In this document: piece by piece, positions 1-10,416 of the stretch
How the letters are laid out: each line of letters opens with the position of its first letter
Numbering within the stretch: position 1 is the stretch's first letter
From: Nitrosopumilus sp.
Lineage (GTDB): Archaea; Thermoproteota; Nitrososphaeria; Nitrososphaerales; Nitrosopumilaceae
DNA length: 64,000 bases
Reading direction: 5' to 3'
NCBI GenBank assembly: GCA_965214775.1
Contig: OZ243974.1
Coordinates: 2,016,001-2,080,000 of the forward strand
The notes under the pieces: generated by a model
Told to the model about the DNA's origin: nothing
What the model saw: the letters and a program-made list of their open reading frames with translations, nothing else
Database searches by the model: none
Program-made: the position numbers and the translations under genes

Positions 1-842
1 GAGGGGGAACCGGGACTGTCGTAGAGTACAGGGGCCAAGGAATCACCGACCTTTCCATGGAGCAGAGAATGACAATCTGCAACATGTCTGTTGAAGCCGG
101 AGCAAGGGCCGGATTGATCTCGCCTGACGAAAAAACCTTCGACTATCTTAGGGACAGGCAATTCACCCCGAAAAATTATGACTCGCTAGTCAAATACTGG
201 AGGGACAATCTAAAAACTGACAGTGGCGCGAAATTTGAGAGGCAATTCACGCTGCAGATTGACGATATTGCCCCCCAGGTAAGCTGGGGAACAAATCCCG
301 GAATGACCTGCGATGTCACTGATTCGGTTCCGTCCCCGGACGATTTTGCAAAGGGCGATGAGAATCAAAAGAGAGGCGCACAAAAAGCTCTTGACTATAT
401 GGATCTGAGGCCTGGAACTCCAATCACCGATATCAAAATTGATCGTGTATTCATTGGTTCGTGTACCAATGCCAGACTGGAAGATCTTGTTGAGGCATCC
501 CGGGTGATCAAAGGCCATAAAATCTCTTCAAACGTCCGTGCCATGGCAGTTCCAGGCTCGCAAATGGTAAAGAAACAAGCCGAAGAGATGGGACTGGACA
601 AAATTTTCACCGATGCCAATTTTGAATGGAGGGAGTCTGGATGCAGCATGTGCCTTGGAATGAATCCTGATATTTTAGCTCCGGGGGAAAGATGTGCAAG
701 TACTTCGAACAGAAACTTTGAGGGAAGGCAAGGCACCGGCGGCAGAACCCACCTTGTAAGTCCTGTAATGGCTGCTGCTGCTGCCATTGAAGGCCATTTT
801 GTTGACGTAAGAGAATTAGGCGAGTTGGATGGAACCGTTTAA
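1..842 (+). CDS. leuC: 3-isopropylmalate dehydratase large subunit (5'-truncated by window)
   Basis: [18 protein letters not shown] and [12 protein letters not shown] aconitase-family motifs; overlaps leuD. Confidence 0.97.
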   Translation, partial: GGTGTVVEYRGQGITDLSMEQRMTICNMSVEAGARAGLISPDEKTFDYLRDRQFTPKNYDSLVKYWRDNLKTDSGAKFERQFTLQIDDIAPQVSWGTNPGMTCDVTDSVPSPDDFAKGDENQKRGAQKALDYMDLRPGTPITDIKIDRVFIGSCTNARLEDLVEASRVIKGHKISSNVRAMAVPGSQMVKKQAEEMGLDKIFTDANFEWRESGCSMCLGMNPDILAPGERCASTSNRNFEGRQGTGGRTHLVSPVMAAAAAIEGHFVDVRELGELDGTV

Positions 843-1413
843 GCCTGTCAGAAGCATTGTGACTCCCTTGGACAAGGTCAATGTCGACACTGATCAAATA
901 GTTCCCAAACAATTTTTAAAACTGGTCCAAAAATCTGGATTTGGAAAGTTTCTGTTTTACAACTGGCGATACGACGAAAATGAAAACAAAAGGGACGATT
1001 TTGTTCTAAATGACCCAAAATTTGACGGTTCCCAAATTCTTGTTGCCGGTGATAATTTCGGATGCGGTTCCTCCCGCGAACATGCAGTATGGGCCTTGCA
1101 GGATTACGGTTTTGCAGTAGTCATCGCCCCTTCCTTTGCCGATATCTTCCTTGGCAACTGTTTTAAAAATGGCGTTCTGCCAATCTCTCTTGGACACAAA
1201 GCCGTAGAAAAACTGCAGTCTGAGACAGGCCCTGTCAGAGTAGATCTTGAAAACCAGAGCATCATCACCCCCTCAGAAACGATCCCCTTTGTGATTGATT
1301 CTCACAAAAAGAGAGTTCTGTTGGAGGGATTGGATGATATTGCGCAGACTTTGCAGTTCGAAGAAAAAATTTCCGAGTTTGAAAAAAATTCTACGGTTCC
1401 ATCTGTCTTATGA
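829..1413 (+). CDS. leuD: 3-isopropylmalate dehydratase small subunit
   Basis: NVDTDQI and [11 protein letters not shown] motifs. Confidence 0.97.
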   Translation: MEPFKPVRSIVTPLDKVNVDTDQIVPKQFLKLVQKSGFGKFLFYNWRYDENENKRDDFVLNDPKFDGSQILVAGDNFGCGSSREHAVWALQDYGFAVVIAPSFADIFLGNCFKNGVLPISLGHKAVEKLQSETGPVRVDLENQSIITPSETIPFVIDSHKKRVLLEGLDDIAQTLQFEEKISEFEKNSTVPSVL

Positions 1414-2107
1414 TTTTATTTACGGTTTTTTGATTTCTTTCTAGGATTGATGGGGATTCGGCATCAATCCATTCCGTATTGCCAATATCAAAGGCGCTGA
1501 TTCTGCCTTCCTTGGACAGCGGCTGCAAGACATCATATGAGAGGTTGATCTCTTTTTGCCTTTTTGATCTGATTCCCTTTAAGACTTTTTTTCCTAGCAT
1601 GTAGATGCCCAGGCATTCTGACATCTGCAGTTTCACGGTAGGCTTTTCCTTGAATTCCTTGACCATTCCGTCCTCTACTACTGCAAAGCCCGTCTCTTCC
1701 CTCCGTCTTGTTCTTGTTGCAATGCATGCGTCGCTTTTCTTGTCTTTGAACTGCTTTTTCATTTTTTCAAGATCAACTGCGCACAGGTTGTCTACAAACC
1801 ACAAGACAAACTCTGATTCGTTTTTCAGGTGTTTTTCAACGTGGCGCAAGTCTCCTCCGGTACCACCTTGAGAGTCCTGAACAAAAACAATTTTTTTCTG
1901 ACTCCCAAAATAGTTTTTTATCTGGCCCCCCAGTCCCTTAAAATCTGAAACTATGATGATCTCCTTTACGAACTCAAATGATCTCAAATATTGAACCACA
2001 TACTCTATCAATGGCCTTCCGTTGATGGGAGTCATCGCCTTTGGAAAATAATCAGTATACGGCCTGCCCCGAGTTCCTCTGCCGCCTGCCAAAATTACAG
2101 CCTTCAC
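1391..2107 (-). CDS. Sugar-phosphate nucleotidyltransferase (NTP_transferase family)
   Basis: MKAVILAGGRGTR...PKAM and EFKEKP motifs. Confidence 0.9.
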   Translation of the reverse strand: MKAVILAGGRGTRGRPYTDYFPKAMTPINGRPLIEYVVQYLRSFEFVKEIIIVSDFKGLGGQIKNYFGSQKKIVFVQDSQGGTGGDLRHVEKHLKNESEFVLWFVDNLCAVDLEKMKKQFKDKKSDACIATRTRRREETGFAVVEDGMVKEFKEKPTVKLQMSECLGIYMLGKKVLKGIRSKRQKEINLSYDVLQPLSKEGRISAFDIGNTEWIDAESPSILERNQKTVNKIIRQMEP

Positions 2108-2110
2108 AGC

Positions 2111-2560
2111 CTAACGGTATGATTTTTGTTTTCTTCTTCTTGCACCAGAACCGCCGAACTTCTTTGGCTCTTTTCTTCTGGCATCTCCGCTAATCAGATA
2201 TTTGTCAAAATCCGTGATTCTCTTTCTTAGATCCTCCCTGGTGGATTTTGAGAAGGGGTGATCCTTGGGATCCCTCTTGGATTTGGTCCGGCCTGTCAAT
2301 GCCCTTGAAATTCCTGTTGCAACTGCACTAGCCTGACCCATAAATCCGCCACCCCTGACTCTTGCAGAAATGTCGATCCTTCCTCTCAAATCACCGGTAA
2401 TCTCTAGCGGTGCTAAAATCACTTCGCGGGCCGTCTCCTGCGGAATCATTTCTATTGGAACGTTGTTGATTCTGACCCTGCCTTGTCCTTTTGTGATGTA
2501 GACATGCGCACTAGCCGTCTTTCTTGTCGCAAAATAGATCTCGGTTTTTGGAGTCGTCAT
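2111..2560 (-). CDS. rps9: 30S ribosomal protein S9 (uS9)
   Basis: RKTA, RGGGFMGQ, EPKKFGG..ARRRKQKSYR C-terminus. Confidence 0.97.
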   Translation of the reverse strand: MTTPKTEIYFATRKTASAHVYITKGQGRVRINNVPIEMIPQETAREVILAPLEITGDLRGRIDISARVRGGGFMGQASAVATGISRALTGRTKSKRDPKDHPFSKSTREDLRKRITDFDKYLISGDARRKEPKKFGGSGARRRKQKSYR

Positions 2561-3060
2561 TCGGTCCACCCTATTACCCTGCCTAGCTCTCCCATTGTCG
2601 TGTAATTGGCGGCAGATTTTTTAATCTTTGCCTTTTCAAACTGAGTTTTTTCCAATGATTTTAATTCCTTGGGCGAGCCAATATATGCCCTTAGTCTTTT
2701 ATGTGCTTTGATGCCTGACGGTTTTTTTCCATGCGGCAGCATCCCTCTGATCATTTTTGTAATGATCGTGTCCGGTCTTCTTGGATGGAACGGTCCGTGT
2801 TTGGGATTCAGGACACTGGAAATCTCTAAAAACTTTCTGTATTCTTTAATTATGTTTGAACGGGTTCCGCTGATCATGATTTTCTCACAGTTGACAATTG
2901 ATATTCTGTTTCCTTGGAGGAGCAGTTTTGCTACATTAGATGACAGTCTTCCTGCGATATGATCGGTTGCATCTACGACGATCGGCCTGTCCGTTCTTGC
3001 GACTGTTTCCTGTTTGGCTGCCGCCGCTCCTCTGGGCCTGTTTAACCTGCCGTTAGCCAA
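2557..3060 (-). CDS. rpl13: 50S ribosomal protein L13 (uL13)
   Basis: VVDATDHIAGRLSS, GPFHPRRP, IRGMLP; start codon uncertain. Confidence 0.95.
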   Translation of the reverse strand: MANGRLNRPRGAAAAKQETVARTDRPIVVDATDHIAGRLSSNVAKLLLQGNRISIVNCEKIMISGTRSNIIKEYRKFLEISSVLNPKHGPFHPRRPDTIITKMIRGMLPHGKKPSGIKAHKRLRAYIGSPKELKSLEKTQFEKAKIKKSAANYTTMGELGRVIGWTE

Positions 3061-3400
3061 GCAGTACCACCCCTCTTCCGGTCGGATTCTGTCCTATCAA
3101 ATCAGAATAACTGATGATCTTTCCGCCGACTTTAATGATTTTTGCAGCAGCAGAATTTGAAATTGAAAAAGAGCACAGCGTTATTTTGTGAGGCACACTG
3201 CCTGTTCCGAGGACCTTGCCAGGAAAAACGACAACGTCGCCTTCCTTGGTCAGCTGGCCGATTCTCTTCAGGTTGATGTCCCTTCTTGCAATAGATGGCT
3301 TTAGCGCGTACTCTGCCAATCTTCCCCAGATTGGGGCGTCATTTTTTGTAGATGCCTTTCTGAGATCCCTTGCCATGCGTACGACAACCTGGCTAGTCAT
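3053..3400 (-). CDS. rpl18e: 50S ribosomal protein L18e
   Basis: APIW, VVFPGKVLG motifs; conserved position after rpoD. Confidence 0.95.
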   Translation of the reverse strand: MTSQVVVRMARDLRKASTKNDAPIWGRLAEYALKPSIARRDINLKRIGQLTKEGDVVVFPGKVLGTGSVPHKITLCSFSISNSAAAKIIKVGGKIISYSDLIGQNPTGRGVVLLG

Positions 3401-3446
3401 GTGAATAATGCGGTTTGAAACCCAAATATAATGTGTATGCTGCCGG

Positions 3447-4085
3447 TTATTCCTGAATCTGGCTTACCATCTCTTTGAACTCGCCAAGCTTGTTGCTGAC
3501 TTCATCTACTCCGGCAAGAATTATCTGTTCTGGACTGAGTGCCCCCGTTGATTCTATTGTGAGAACCCGCTCGTCTTCTTTTTCTGCCTCAGTCAGCGTT
3601 GAGACATTTGAGGAATTCCATTTGGCATGTTCTGTTCCTCTTCCTAGCCTTGCATAGCATTCCACCTTGATTCTTTGTCCTGGCGCAAGCTGTACAATTG
3701 GAATCTTTTCAGAGATTGGCTTGATGGAATCATCCTCAGAAGACAGTTCGTTTGAAAGAACCGTTCTGGTGACATCCGAGTCTCCGGAATCGAGCACCAG
3801 CATCACCTTGCAGTTTGAGCACCCTGCCTCGCTTTGACACTGGCATTTTGAAGGCTCATCAAACCTGCCCAGTTCTGTCTTTAATGGAACCAGCCCCAAC
3901 CTGTGCGCAAGTCCCTCGTCTGCCAAAACTGAGGTGTTTTCAATAATGTCTACAGTATCAATTGCAAATACCGGAACGCCGTTTAGACAGACTCGCCTGA
4001 GTGCGTTTGCATACTGTAACGGTATGCCCTTTAGCTTTACAGCAATCTTTTGATTATCTTTGCTAATTACCTCCAAGGACGACAA
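3447..4085 (-). CDS. rpoD: DNA-directed RNA polymerase subunit D (Rpo3)
   Basis: ANALRR, ENTSVLADEGLAHRLGLVP, Cys cluster, GRGTEHAKW; TTG start at 4085 assumed. Confidence 0.96.
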   Translation of the reverse strand: MSSLEVISKDNQKIAVKLKGIPLQYANALRRVCLNGVPVFAIDTVDIIENTSVLADEGLAHRLGLVPLKTELGRFDEPSKCQCQSEAGCSNCKVMLVLDSGDSDVTRTVLSNELSSEDDSIKPISEKIPIVQLAPGQRIKVECYARLGRGTEHAKWNSSNVSTLTEAEKEDERVLTIESTGALSPEQIILAGVDEVSNKLGEFKEMVSQIQE

Positions 4086-4137
4086 ATCTTGAACAAAATC
4101 TTCAAAATCCACATAAAAATCTAACTGGTTTTTCAGT

Positions 4138-4228
4138 GTAAGAGTTTACCCCTCAGGCGACGCTGCTGGCCGGAGCCTTCATGATCACGCCTGCCACGTC
4201 GTATCTTGGGGGAGGGGTAAACTCTTAC
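4138..4228. mobile_element. 91-bp MITE with IS66-type ends (family 1)
   Basis: TIR GTAAGAGTTTACCCCTC / GAGGGGTAAACTCTTAC; 8-bp TSD TTTTCAGT; same ends as IS66 at 51673 and 60223. Confidence 0.93.
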
Positions 4229-4232
4229 TTTT

Positions 4233-4353
4233 CAGTCTTCCCAGAAGTAACCCGGAAAACGGCTCTGGATTTGAGGCAAACCAAATTATGACGCCTGCAG
4301 ATTCACTCGCCGCCATCTGCACAGTCATGAATCACGTACTTCTGGGAAGACTG
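4233..4353. mobile_element. 121-bp MITE with ISH3-type ends
   Basis: TIR CAGTCTTCCCAGAAGTA / TACTTCTGGGAAGACTG shared with the element at 5229-8096. Confidence 0.9.
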
Positions 4354-4397
4354 AAAGAATAACTAGCTTTATTAGGCTAGGCTAAACTCAGAGGTCA

Positions 4398-4973
4398 ATG
4401 ACGAGTATGACAAAAACTCTACTTTTCGCATCACTGATAGCTGCAATGTTATTGCCGTTTTCAGGAATGCAGGCAGTAGATGCAAAAGAAAGCAAAGTAG
4501 TTGATTGGTCTGAATCACAACAAATGGCTTCTACCACACCAGGTGATTCTACTCGAACTGCGTCAGGCGGTTCTGTCTATGTATATTGTAACCATGAAGC
4601 ATCAATGTCAAACAAGTGTTATGGTTGGGATAATGGTGGTGACTTTTACTATTCTACACCATATACATACAAAAATGTAGATTCCTGTAACAGTTATACT
4701 TGTGCTGATCTAGATTACTATCATAGAGGCGACTCCATAATCAGCCATAATGGGTACGCATACACATTCGAATCTTCAAGTTATTATACCTGTGCAGTTG
4801 ACCTTGGATTATGTACATCACCATTAAAAGGTTACAACAACTATGAGACAATCCATCATAATAACATTCCAACAGGTGAACCAATCAATCACATAACTAC
4901 ATACAAATACGAACGACAAGGTGAAACAATATCTATTCTTGTAGTTCAACTAATGACTGAGGGATATAGTTAA
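4398..4973 (+). CDS. Hypothetical secreted Cys/Tyr-rich protein
   Basis: N-terminal signal peptide (KTLLFASLIAAMLLPF); AT-rich relative to flanks. Confidence 0.75.
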   Translation: MTSMTKTLLFASLIAAMLLPFSGMQAVDAKESKVVDWSESQQMASTTPGDSTRTASGGSVYVYCNHEASMSNKCYGWDNGGDFYYSTPYTYKNVDSCNSYTCADLDYYHRGDSIISHNGYAYTFESSSYYTCAVDLGLCTSPLKGYNNYETIHHNNIPTGEPINHITTYKYERQGETISILVVQLMTEGYS

Positions 4974-4991
4974 CCTCATTATTTTTTTATC

Positions 4992-5213
4992 ATGTTATCT
5001 GACAAAGAAAAACTGGAATGGTTTTCACATTTTACAAAATCCCTGTCTGCAATTAAATTAATGTGTACTGATTCTGTATATTCTAAAGAGGACATACTCA
5101 CTCAGATTGTCTCCTTGGAACAAGATCTAAAATCTATTGATTCAGGATATCTGCCTTCTGGTCCCAAACAGACTGTACAATGGCCAAAAAATGAAACCAG
5201 CACTCAAAATTAA
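4992..5213 (+). CDS. Small hypothetical protein
   Basis: 73-aa ATG ORF directly downstream of the secreted protein. Confidence 0.5.
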   Translation: MLSDKEKLEWFSHFTKSLSAIKLMCTDSVYSKEDILTQIVSLEQDLKSIDSGYLPSGPKQTVQWPKNETSTQN

Positions 5214-5521
5214 ACCAATATCTAGCATCAGTCTTCCCAGAAGTAACCCAAAATAGCCAATTTTGACCGAAACAGATCAATTAGGGCAGTCCTAGAAGGT
5301 ACTCATGCCTTACCAAAAGAACCAACTGAGACGTGATGCTCTTAACAACCCGCGCATATATCAAGATATCCTAAAGACCAGTCTTCCCATCTATGTTAAA
5401 ACGCCCGGGCCCTTTAGCGGCTGCGGATTGTGTCTCTCTGATCCACGCCTAGTTTAATATGGGCCGCTTTATAGCTTACGCTGGGTACAGGGGGGATCCG
5501 TTCCCTGCATGCGGCTGCGTG

Positions 5522-6652
5522 TTACTTGTCTGTTTTCTCCCTGACCTCGGGTGGCATCTTGGATGCTGCAGCTGCTGCTGCTGCGGCCTCTGCCCGGGCC
5601 AGCTTGAGTTTGTACGTCTTGGGATCGTGTCCGGAGTACGGCGTCCTTGTCACGAGCATGGACCATACGATCCTGATCATCTTGGTTGCCACGTGCGTCC
5701 TGGCCACCATGGGCCTTGCGCTGTTCCTCTTCTTGGATCTTGCATGGATCCTTCCCATCCTCTCGTCGTATATGGCGGCCGTCCGCACAGTCTGTAGCAT
5801 CGCCCAGTTGCACCTGCGGTTGGATGTCTTTCTCATTTTGCCGTGGTACTCCCTGTCGCCGGACTGGTGAACCGTAGGACACATGCCGAACCACGCAACA
5901 AGCTTGCCCGGGGTCTTGAACCTGGCAATGTCCCCGATCTCAGATACCAGCAGCATGGCCGTAAACGAGTCGATTCCCGGAATGCTCATCAGGATCCTCG
6001 CATCCTCGCTGACGCTGGCCTGCGCCGCTATCCTTGTCTCGATGTCCGCGATCTCCTCTGTGATCTGCCTGACCCTTCTGGCATGCACGCCGAGAACCGC
6101 ATCATCGTTTGGGTCGCCAAGATTCAGGGCGAACAGCTGCCCGAGTCCCTTGTTGGAGTACACGTGCGACGAGTCGATCCTCTCGTCATACCTGTCCAGG
6201 AGGCTGTGGATCTGGTTGATCACGGCCGTCCTGTCCTGCACGAGGCCGATCCTGCAGCGCATCAGCTCCCTGACGCTCCGGAGTTCGGGCGGTGCCACGT
6301 AGCACTCGGGAACCATTCCGGCCCTCAGGGCGTTTGCAAGCTTTCTTGCGTCGATCGGGTCCGTCTTTACGTCCATGTCGGAGATTATCCGCATCTTGTA
6401 GGTGTTGGCAAGCTTGATTGGTATTCCCGCGGACTCGAATGCCTCGTAGGTCTTGAGCCACATGTTGCCCGTGGACTCGCAGACGGCCTGGCAGTTCTTT
6501 CCGCCGTAACTGAGCTTTGCCTTCCTGGCAAACATGCCTGCCTCTCTGGATGTGTTCTCGTATGACGTCTCTTCCAGGATCCTCTTTTTGTCGTCCATAA
6601 TGCACGCTACGCATTTTCTCTTTCCAATGTCTATTCCTATGCTGTATTGCAT
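5522..6652 (-). CDS. IS110 DEDD recombinase/transposase
   Basis: IGIDIGK, CESTG, KTDPIDA (RuvC-like DEDD); IPGI, GMCPTVHQSG (Tnp serine); ATG at 6652. Confidence 0.95.
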   Translation of the reverse strand: MQYSIGIDIGKRKCVACIMDDKKRILEETSYENTSREAGMFARKAKLSYGGKNCQAVCESTGNMWLKTYEAFESAGIPIKLANTYKMRIISDMDVKTDPIDARKLANALRAGMVPECYVAPPELRSVRELMRCRIGLVQDRTAVINQIHSLLDRYDERIDSSHVYSNKGLGQLFALNLGDPNDDAVLGVHARRVRQITEEIADIETRIAAQASVSEDARILMSIPGIDSFTAMLLVSEIGDIARFKTPGKLVAWFGMCPTVHQSGDREYHGKMRKTSNRRCNWAMLQTVRTAAIYDERMGRIHARSKKRNSARPMVARTHVATKMIRIVWSMLVTRTPYSGHDPKTYKLKLARAEAAAAAAAASKMPPEVREKTDK

Positions 6653-6674
6653 CTTTTCTCGCTTTCCTCTTTTT

Positions 6675-6797
6675 GGTGGATCAGAGGCTGCACACATCTA
6701 TCAGCACGCCGTGGTGCACGAACACTGCAGCTCGGAATTACCGCATTCAGAAGTCAGCGCGCGGGGCGCATGGGAAGACAGCGGTTGATCCACACCA
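6675..6797 (-). ncRNA. Predicted bridge RNA of IS110-A
   Basis: Outer stem GUGGAUCA/UGAUCCAC enclosing loop 1 (guides GUCUUCCCA, ACUUCUG = target halves) and loop 2 (GUGUUCG, AUAGAUG = donor-junction halves). Confidence 0.85.
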
Positions 6798-6950
6798 CCA
6801 CCGCTACGGGCCCGGGCGTTTTTAACCCGTGTTCAGAAGTACCACGTCAAATTATCCCCGGCTCGAAACAATTCAAATAATGATGCCTGCATATCCGCAT
6901 GTCGTTTCTTGCACCTCCACGAGTCGGTTACTTCTGGGAAGACTGAAGAC

Positions 6951-8077
6951 CGTTGGCGACGGCATGGCCCCGTGCATCAAGACATCAGACAAGCACAACG
7001 CCATCTATGCTACAGACGACTTTATCAGGTGCCTGACGCGCGCGGCCGTATCCAACAGGCAGGTGGCAGGCTGCACGATGTCTGCACGTGACGTGCCAGC
7101 GGCTCCTGGAATGCCCCGCAATCCCACCGACGAGTGGATCCGCAGCGTCGCCATAAGATCCAAGCCCGGCCAGATCCAAGGCTGCCTTGCAGAAACCGTG
7201 GGCCGGCAGCTGAACCAGCTGAGGGATATGGGGATGATCACAAATGGCCAAAAGACGGATGCGGCAATAGACATGCACCTGATACCGCGCTATGACAAAA
7301 AGTACGGTAGTGAGCTTGTACGCTCCAAGAAGAAGAGCGGGACGATAGTCTGAGCGTTACATCACCATACAGTGCATCGTAAAGCACTGCCGCCTTGTGC
7401 TGGGAGCACTGCACATGCCGGCCCTTGAGGATACGGCCGATTTCGTGCGTAAAATCATCGATTCTGCACGCCGCACAGGCGCCGATCTTGGAGTCGTGAT
7501 GCTGGACCGCGAGTTCTTTTCGGCCGCAGTCATCTCCAAGCTGGATGCGGCCGGTGTCAGATGTATCATACCGTGCAAGAACACGGATGCAGTCGTTGCC
7601 ACCCTCAACGAGAATGGCGACGTGAAAAAAAGAAGGGAGGTCAAATCGGTCATATCCGGCACCACAAAGTCTGCACGGTACACGATGGTCATCACAAAGA
7701 GAAGGAAGAAGAGATCAGGCAAGACCGATGTGGAGAAGCTGCCGGCGCACGAGCGGCTCATCGGATTTGCAACCAACGTGCCCGGAATAGATCCGAACGA
7801 GTACAGCCGCAGGTGGGGGATCGAGACTGGATACAGGATGATAGAGAACGCAAGGGTCAGGACCCACAGCAAGAGCCCGGTCGTAAGGATGCTGTACTTT
7901 GTGTACTCGGCTGCGGTCTTCAACGCGTGGGTCATGGCAAACGCGATGATGAGAAACTTTACGGGGATCGTTACAGAGGATCCCCTGATCACCCAGCAGT
8001 GCCTCAATGACGTGATCAAGCGTGGTATGTCGGACTATAGGATGCTGCCCCAACCCCCTCCACCGGTGCCTCCATGA
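6951..8077 (+). pseudogene. ISH3 transposase, interrupted by insertion and frameshift/stop near 7350
   Basis: Two ORF pieces (..7353; 7397-8077) homologous to intact copies at 48946 and 54093. Confidence 0.85.
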
Positions 8078-8150
8078 GTTACTTCTGGGAAGACTGGGCA
8101 AGCGAAAACCTTCAAATAATTTTTAATCCTAGTATGTTTAACAGGTTTCA

Positions 8151-9319
8151 TATGCCAGAAAATCAAAAATTAAACCATGAATCCATAGTGGAAATGGAAA
8201 AGAGGGCCCGCAGGATAAGATCCAGCATTGATGAAATAGTGATGGAGGCAGACATGACAGGATCCGACTTTGAGGAATTAAAAAGCATGTTCGGGGAAAT
8301 AAGAAGGAAGATGGAGGGGATAAGATCGAATATCAAGATAATGAGAAGAGAGGCCGGCGTGGCAGGGCTTGACTTTGAGGAAATGATGACACATACTGGC
8401 ATGGCAGGATTCAGCTTTAAGAATGCAAGAACGAGTATCAGCCGGGTAAGATCCTGCGTTGAGGAGGCAGAAAGGGGGAGCGGCGTGGAAGTACTCAGGG
8501 TCAAGAAATTGTTAGATCATATCAGCACGATAAGATCTTACATTGGGAAGCATGGAGGAAGTGCCGACATGACAAGATCTGTCTTTGATCTGTTGGAAGT
8601 ATGGACTGACAGATTCAGAGCTCACTGCGTGGGAGTCAGAGAGGCGGTCAAGGGGTTGAGTGTGCCGGCAGAGTTGGGAATATCTGTCTACAGGAAAGTG
8701 GGAAAGGAGGTGGAGACGGCAAAGGCTGTGTTCAAGAAACTGGTAAGCATGTCTTATAAAACCGCCAAAAAGCCGCCACCATGGGGTACACAGAGATCTG
8801 ACTCGATGGAGGATGATCTTGAGCTGATAATACATGAACTCGGCGAACTAGAAAAGTATACAGGTGCAATGAGAGATAACTTTGAGGAATCAAAAGGATA
8901 CATCCTCAGATTACGATCTGAATTCGAGGAGATGAGAAAGAGCGCCTGCAGTGCAGGATCTGGCCTGCCAAAGCATTTGGGGAGACACGAGGATCCGCAG
9001 GCACAGGGCGGGGTCGGCAGGCAGGGATCCGTCCACGTACGAGCTGCGGCCCGAAAGCCTCCGGGTCGTGATCAGGGATACCGACATTGTCCTCAGAATC
9101 AATCCGAAGGGGCACCTCGACCCCATCCGCCGCCGGATTCTTTCACTGGCAGACGAGATCAGGACGGGGCTGAAGAGAATGGAGGCAGAAGGGGCCACGA
9201 TACCAGAGCGCGAGGACGTTGTAATCGCAAAAAACCGCGAAATCCTAGAGGCCGCCCTGGTCGACTTTGACTACGACGCCCATGCCGGGGATCCGCACCT
9301 GCCGCCTGCCACACTCTAG
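8151..9319 (+). CDS. Hypothetical coiled-coil protein, probably frameshifted or chimeric near 8950-9010
   Basis: Helical E/K/R/M-rich ORF degrades into low-complexity sequence while an overlapping frame (8951-9319) looks protein-like. Confidence 0.5.
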
Positions 9320-9335
9320 CGAATCGCCTGGAACC

Positions 9336-10095
9336 TAGTACCACGGCTACCAATTGATTACAAAAAGGACAATTTTTTTCAACCAAAGGATCTAAGATCT
9401 ACCAATCCCATATACACATGAAAGGAAAGAAGGAATTACCGGTGGGAACAGCGTTCCTACACGGGACAGCAGGCAAGGACGAGCTTTTTAGGATGCACAA
9501 GTCCGAAAAGGATGCCAAGGCGGCAATCCGGCTCCTTGCATACCATATGAGAAAGTGCGGCGCGAGCATATATGATATTGCCGAGAAGCTGAGCAGGCCG
9601 TATGGAACCGTACGATACTGGCTGGTGCGTGCGCACAAGCACGGCCTGGAGGGCAGGTTTGACATAAAGCACGGCGCCCCGTGCAGGCTCGACAAGAAAC
9701 AGATTGAACAGCTGCTGCGTACAGACCTGATCAAGGGCCCGGACAACTGCGGCTTTAAGGCCACAACATGGACAGGATCGCTGGTCATTGCCCACGTCAA
9801 AAAGAAGTTCGGCATCACGTATGCAGAAACGAGCATGTACGACCTGCTGCCCAGAATCGGCTTCTCATGCAGAAAGCCCAGGCCAAAACACCCAAAATCA
9901 GCCTCAGAACCCGAGAAAAAGGAGTTCGAGGAAAAGACCGGGCGGTGCACAAAGTACTATTCAAAAAAGGGGTACACGGTAATGATAGGCGACGAGGTAG
10001 GAGTTTATCCCGGAGTGGAACGTCAAGAACATCTGGTACGCCATAGGAAAGCCGGTCTATACGCCGTCCAACCTGTCAAGGAAGAGGTCCTACGT
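9336..10095 (+). mobile_element. IS630-family element, 3'-truncated and frameshifted
   Basis: Near-identical to the 5' two-thirds of the element at 22454-23588 (MKGKKELP..., MIGDE). Confidence 0.88.
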
Positions 10096-10307
10096 GGGTT
10101 GTTTCCTAATTCCATCTGCCTAGCTCAGTCTGCATGTTTTTCTGAATTTTTGCCCTTTTGCACGCCTGATCAATAGGCGTTATGCGTAATCGGTTTACAT
10201 CTGGGATTATTACGAACAAATTCGTCTCATTTATGTAGATTACGCATAAAGTCTAATGTGGCATCTCAACGGTTTTCAGGAATTCTGGCGAATTAGGAAA
10301 CAACACC
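10096..10307. mobile_element. MITE with IS5-like ends, containing a second MITE
   Basis: IR GTTGTTTCCTAATTC / GAATTAGGAAACAAC, resembling the IS end at 63627. Confidence 0.65.
10175..10254. mobile_element. 80-bp MITE of the 44752-46333 IS family
   Basis: TIR AG..TTATGCGTAATC / GATTACGCATAAAGTCT; TSD AAT. Confidence 0.85.
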
Positions 10308-10416
10308 CCAATAACTAGGTAAAAAACGATCCTTCTGATTCACATTTGGCTTTGCTGCTGCTACTGCTGCTGTTTTGCGTATAGATAAATACCAAATTGT
10401 CATAGGTATTTCAGAA

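Larger units (their letters stand above)
5390..6833 (-). mobile_element. IS110-family element A (complete)
   Basis: 2-bp core CA at both junctions (5388-89, 6834-35); sub-terminal IRs GTTAAAACGCCCGGGCCC (5395-5412) / GGGCCCGGGCGTTTTTAAC (6808-6826). Confidence 0.93.
5379..6945. mobile_element. ISH3-type MITE whose left TIR is split by IS110-A
   Basis: 5-bp TSD AAGAC (5374-5378, 6946-6950); left TIR CAGTCTTCCCA (5379-5389) resumes as CAGAAGTA at 6834. Confidence 0.92.
5229..8096 (+). mobile_element. ISH3-family IS (degenerate), carrying nested MITE + IS110
   Basis: TIRs CAGTCTTCCCAGAAGTAAC / GTTACTTCTGGGAAGACTG; transposase remnants AAIDMH, LDREF, YSRRWGIETGYR. Confidence 0.88.

Noticed and set aside
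4233-8096. ISH3 composite transposon carrying the 4398-5213 genes
   Set aside because: No matching TSD at the outer ends.
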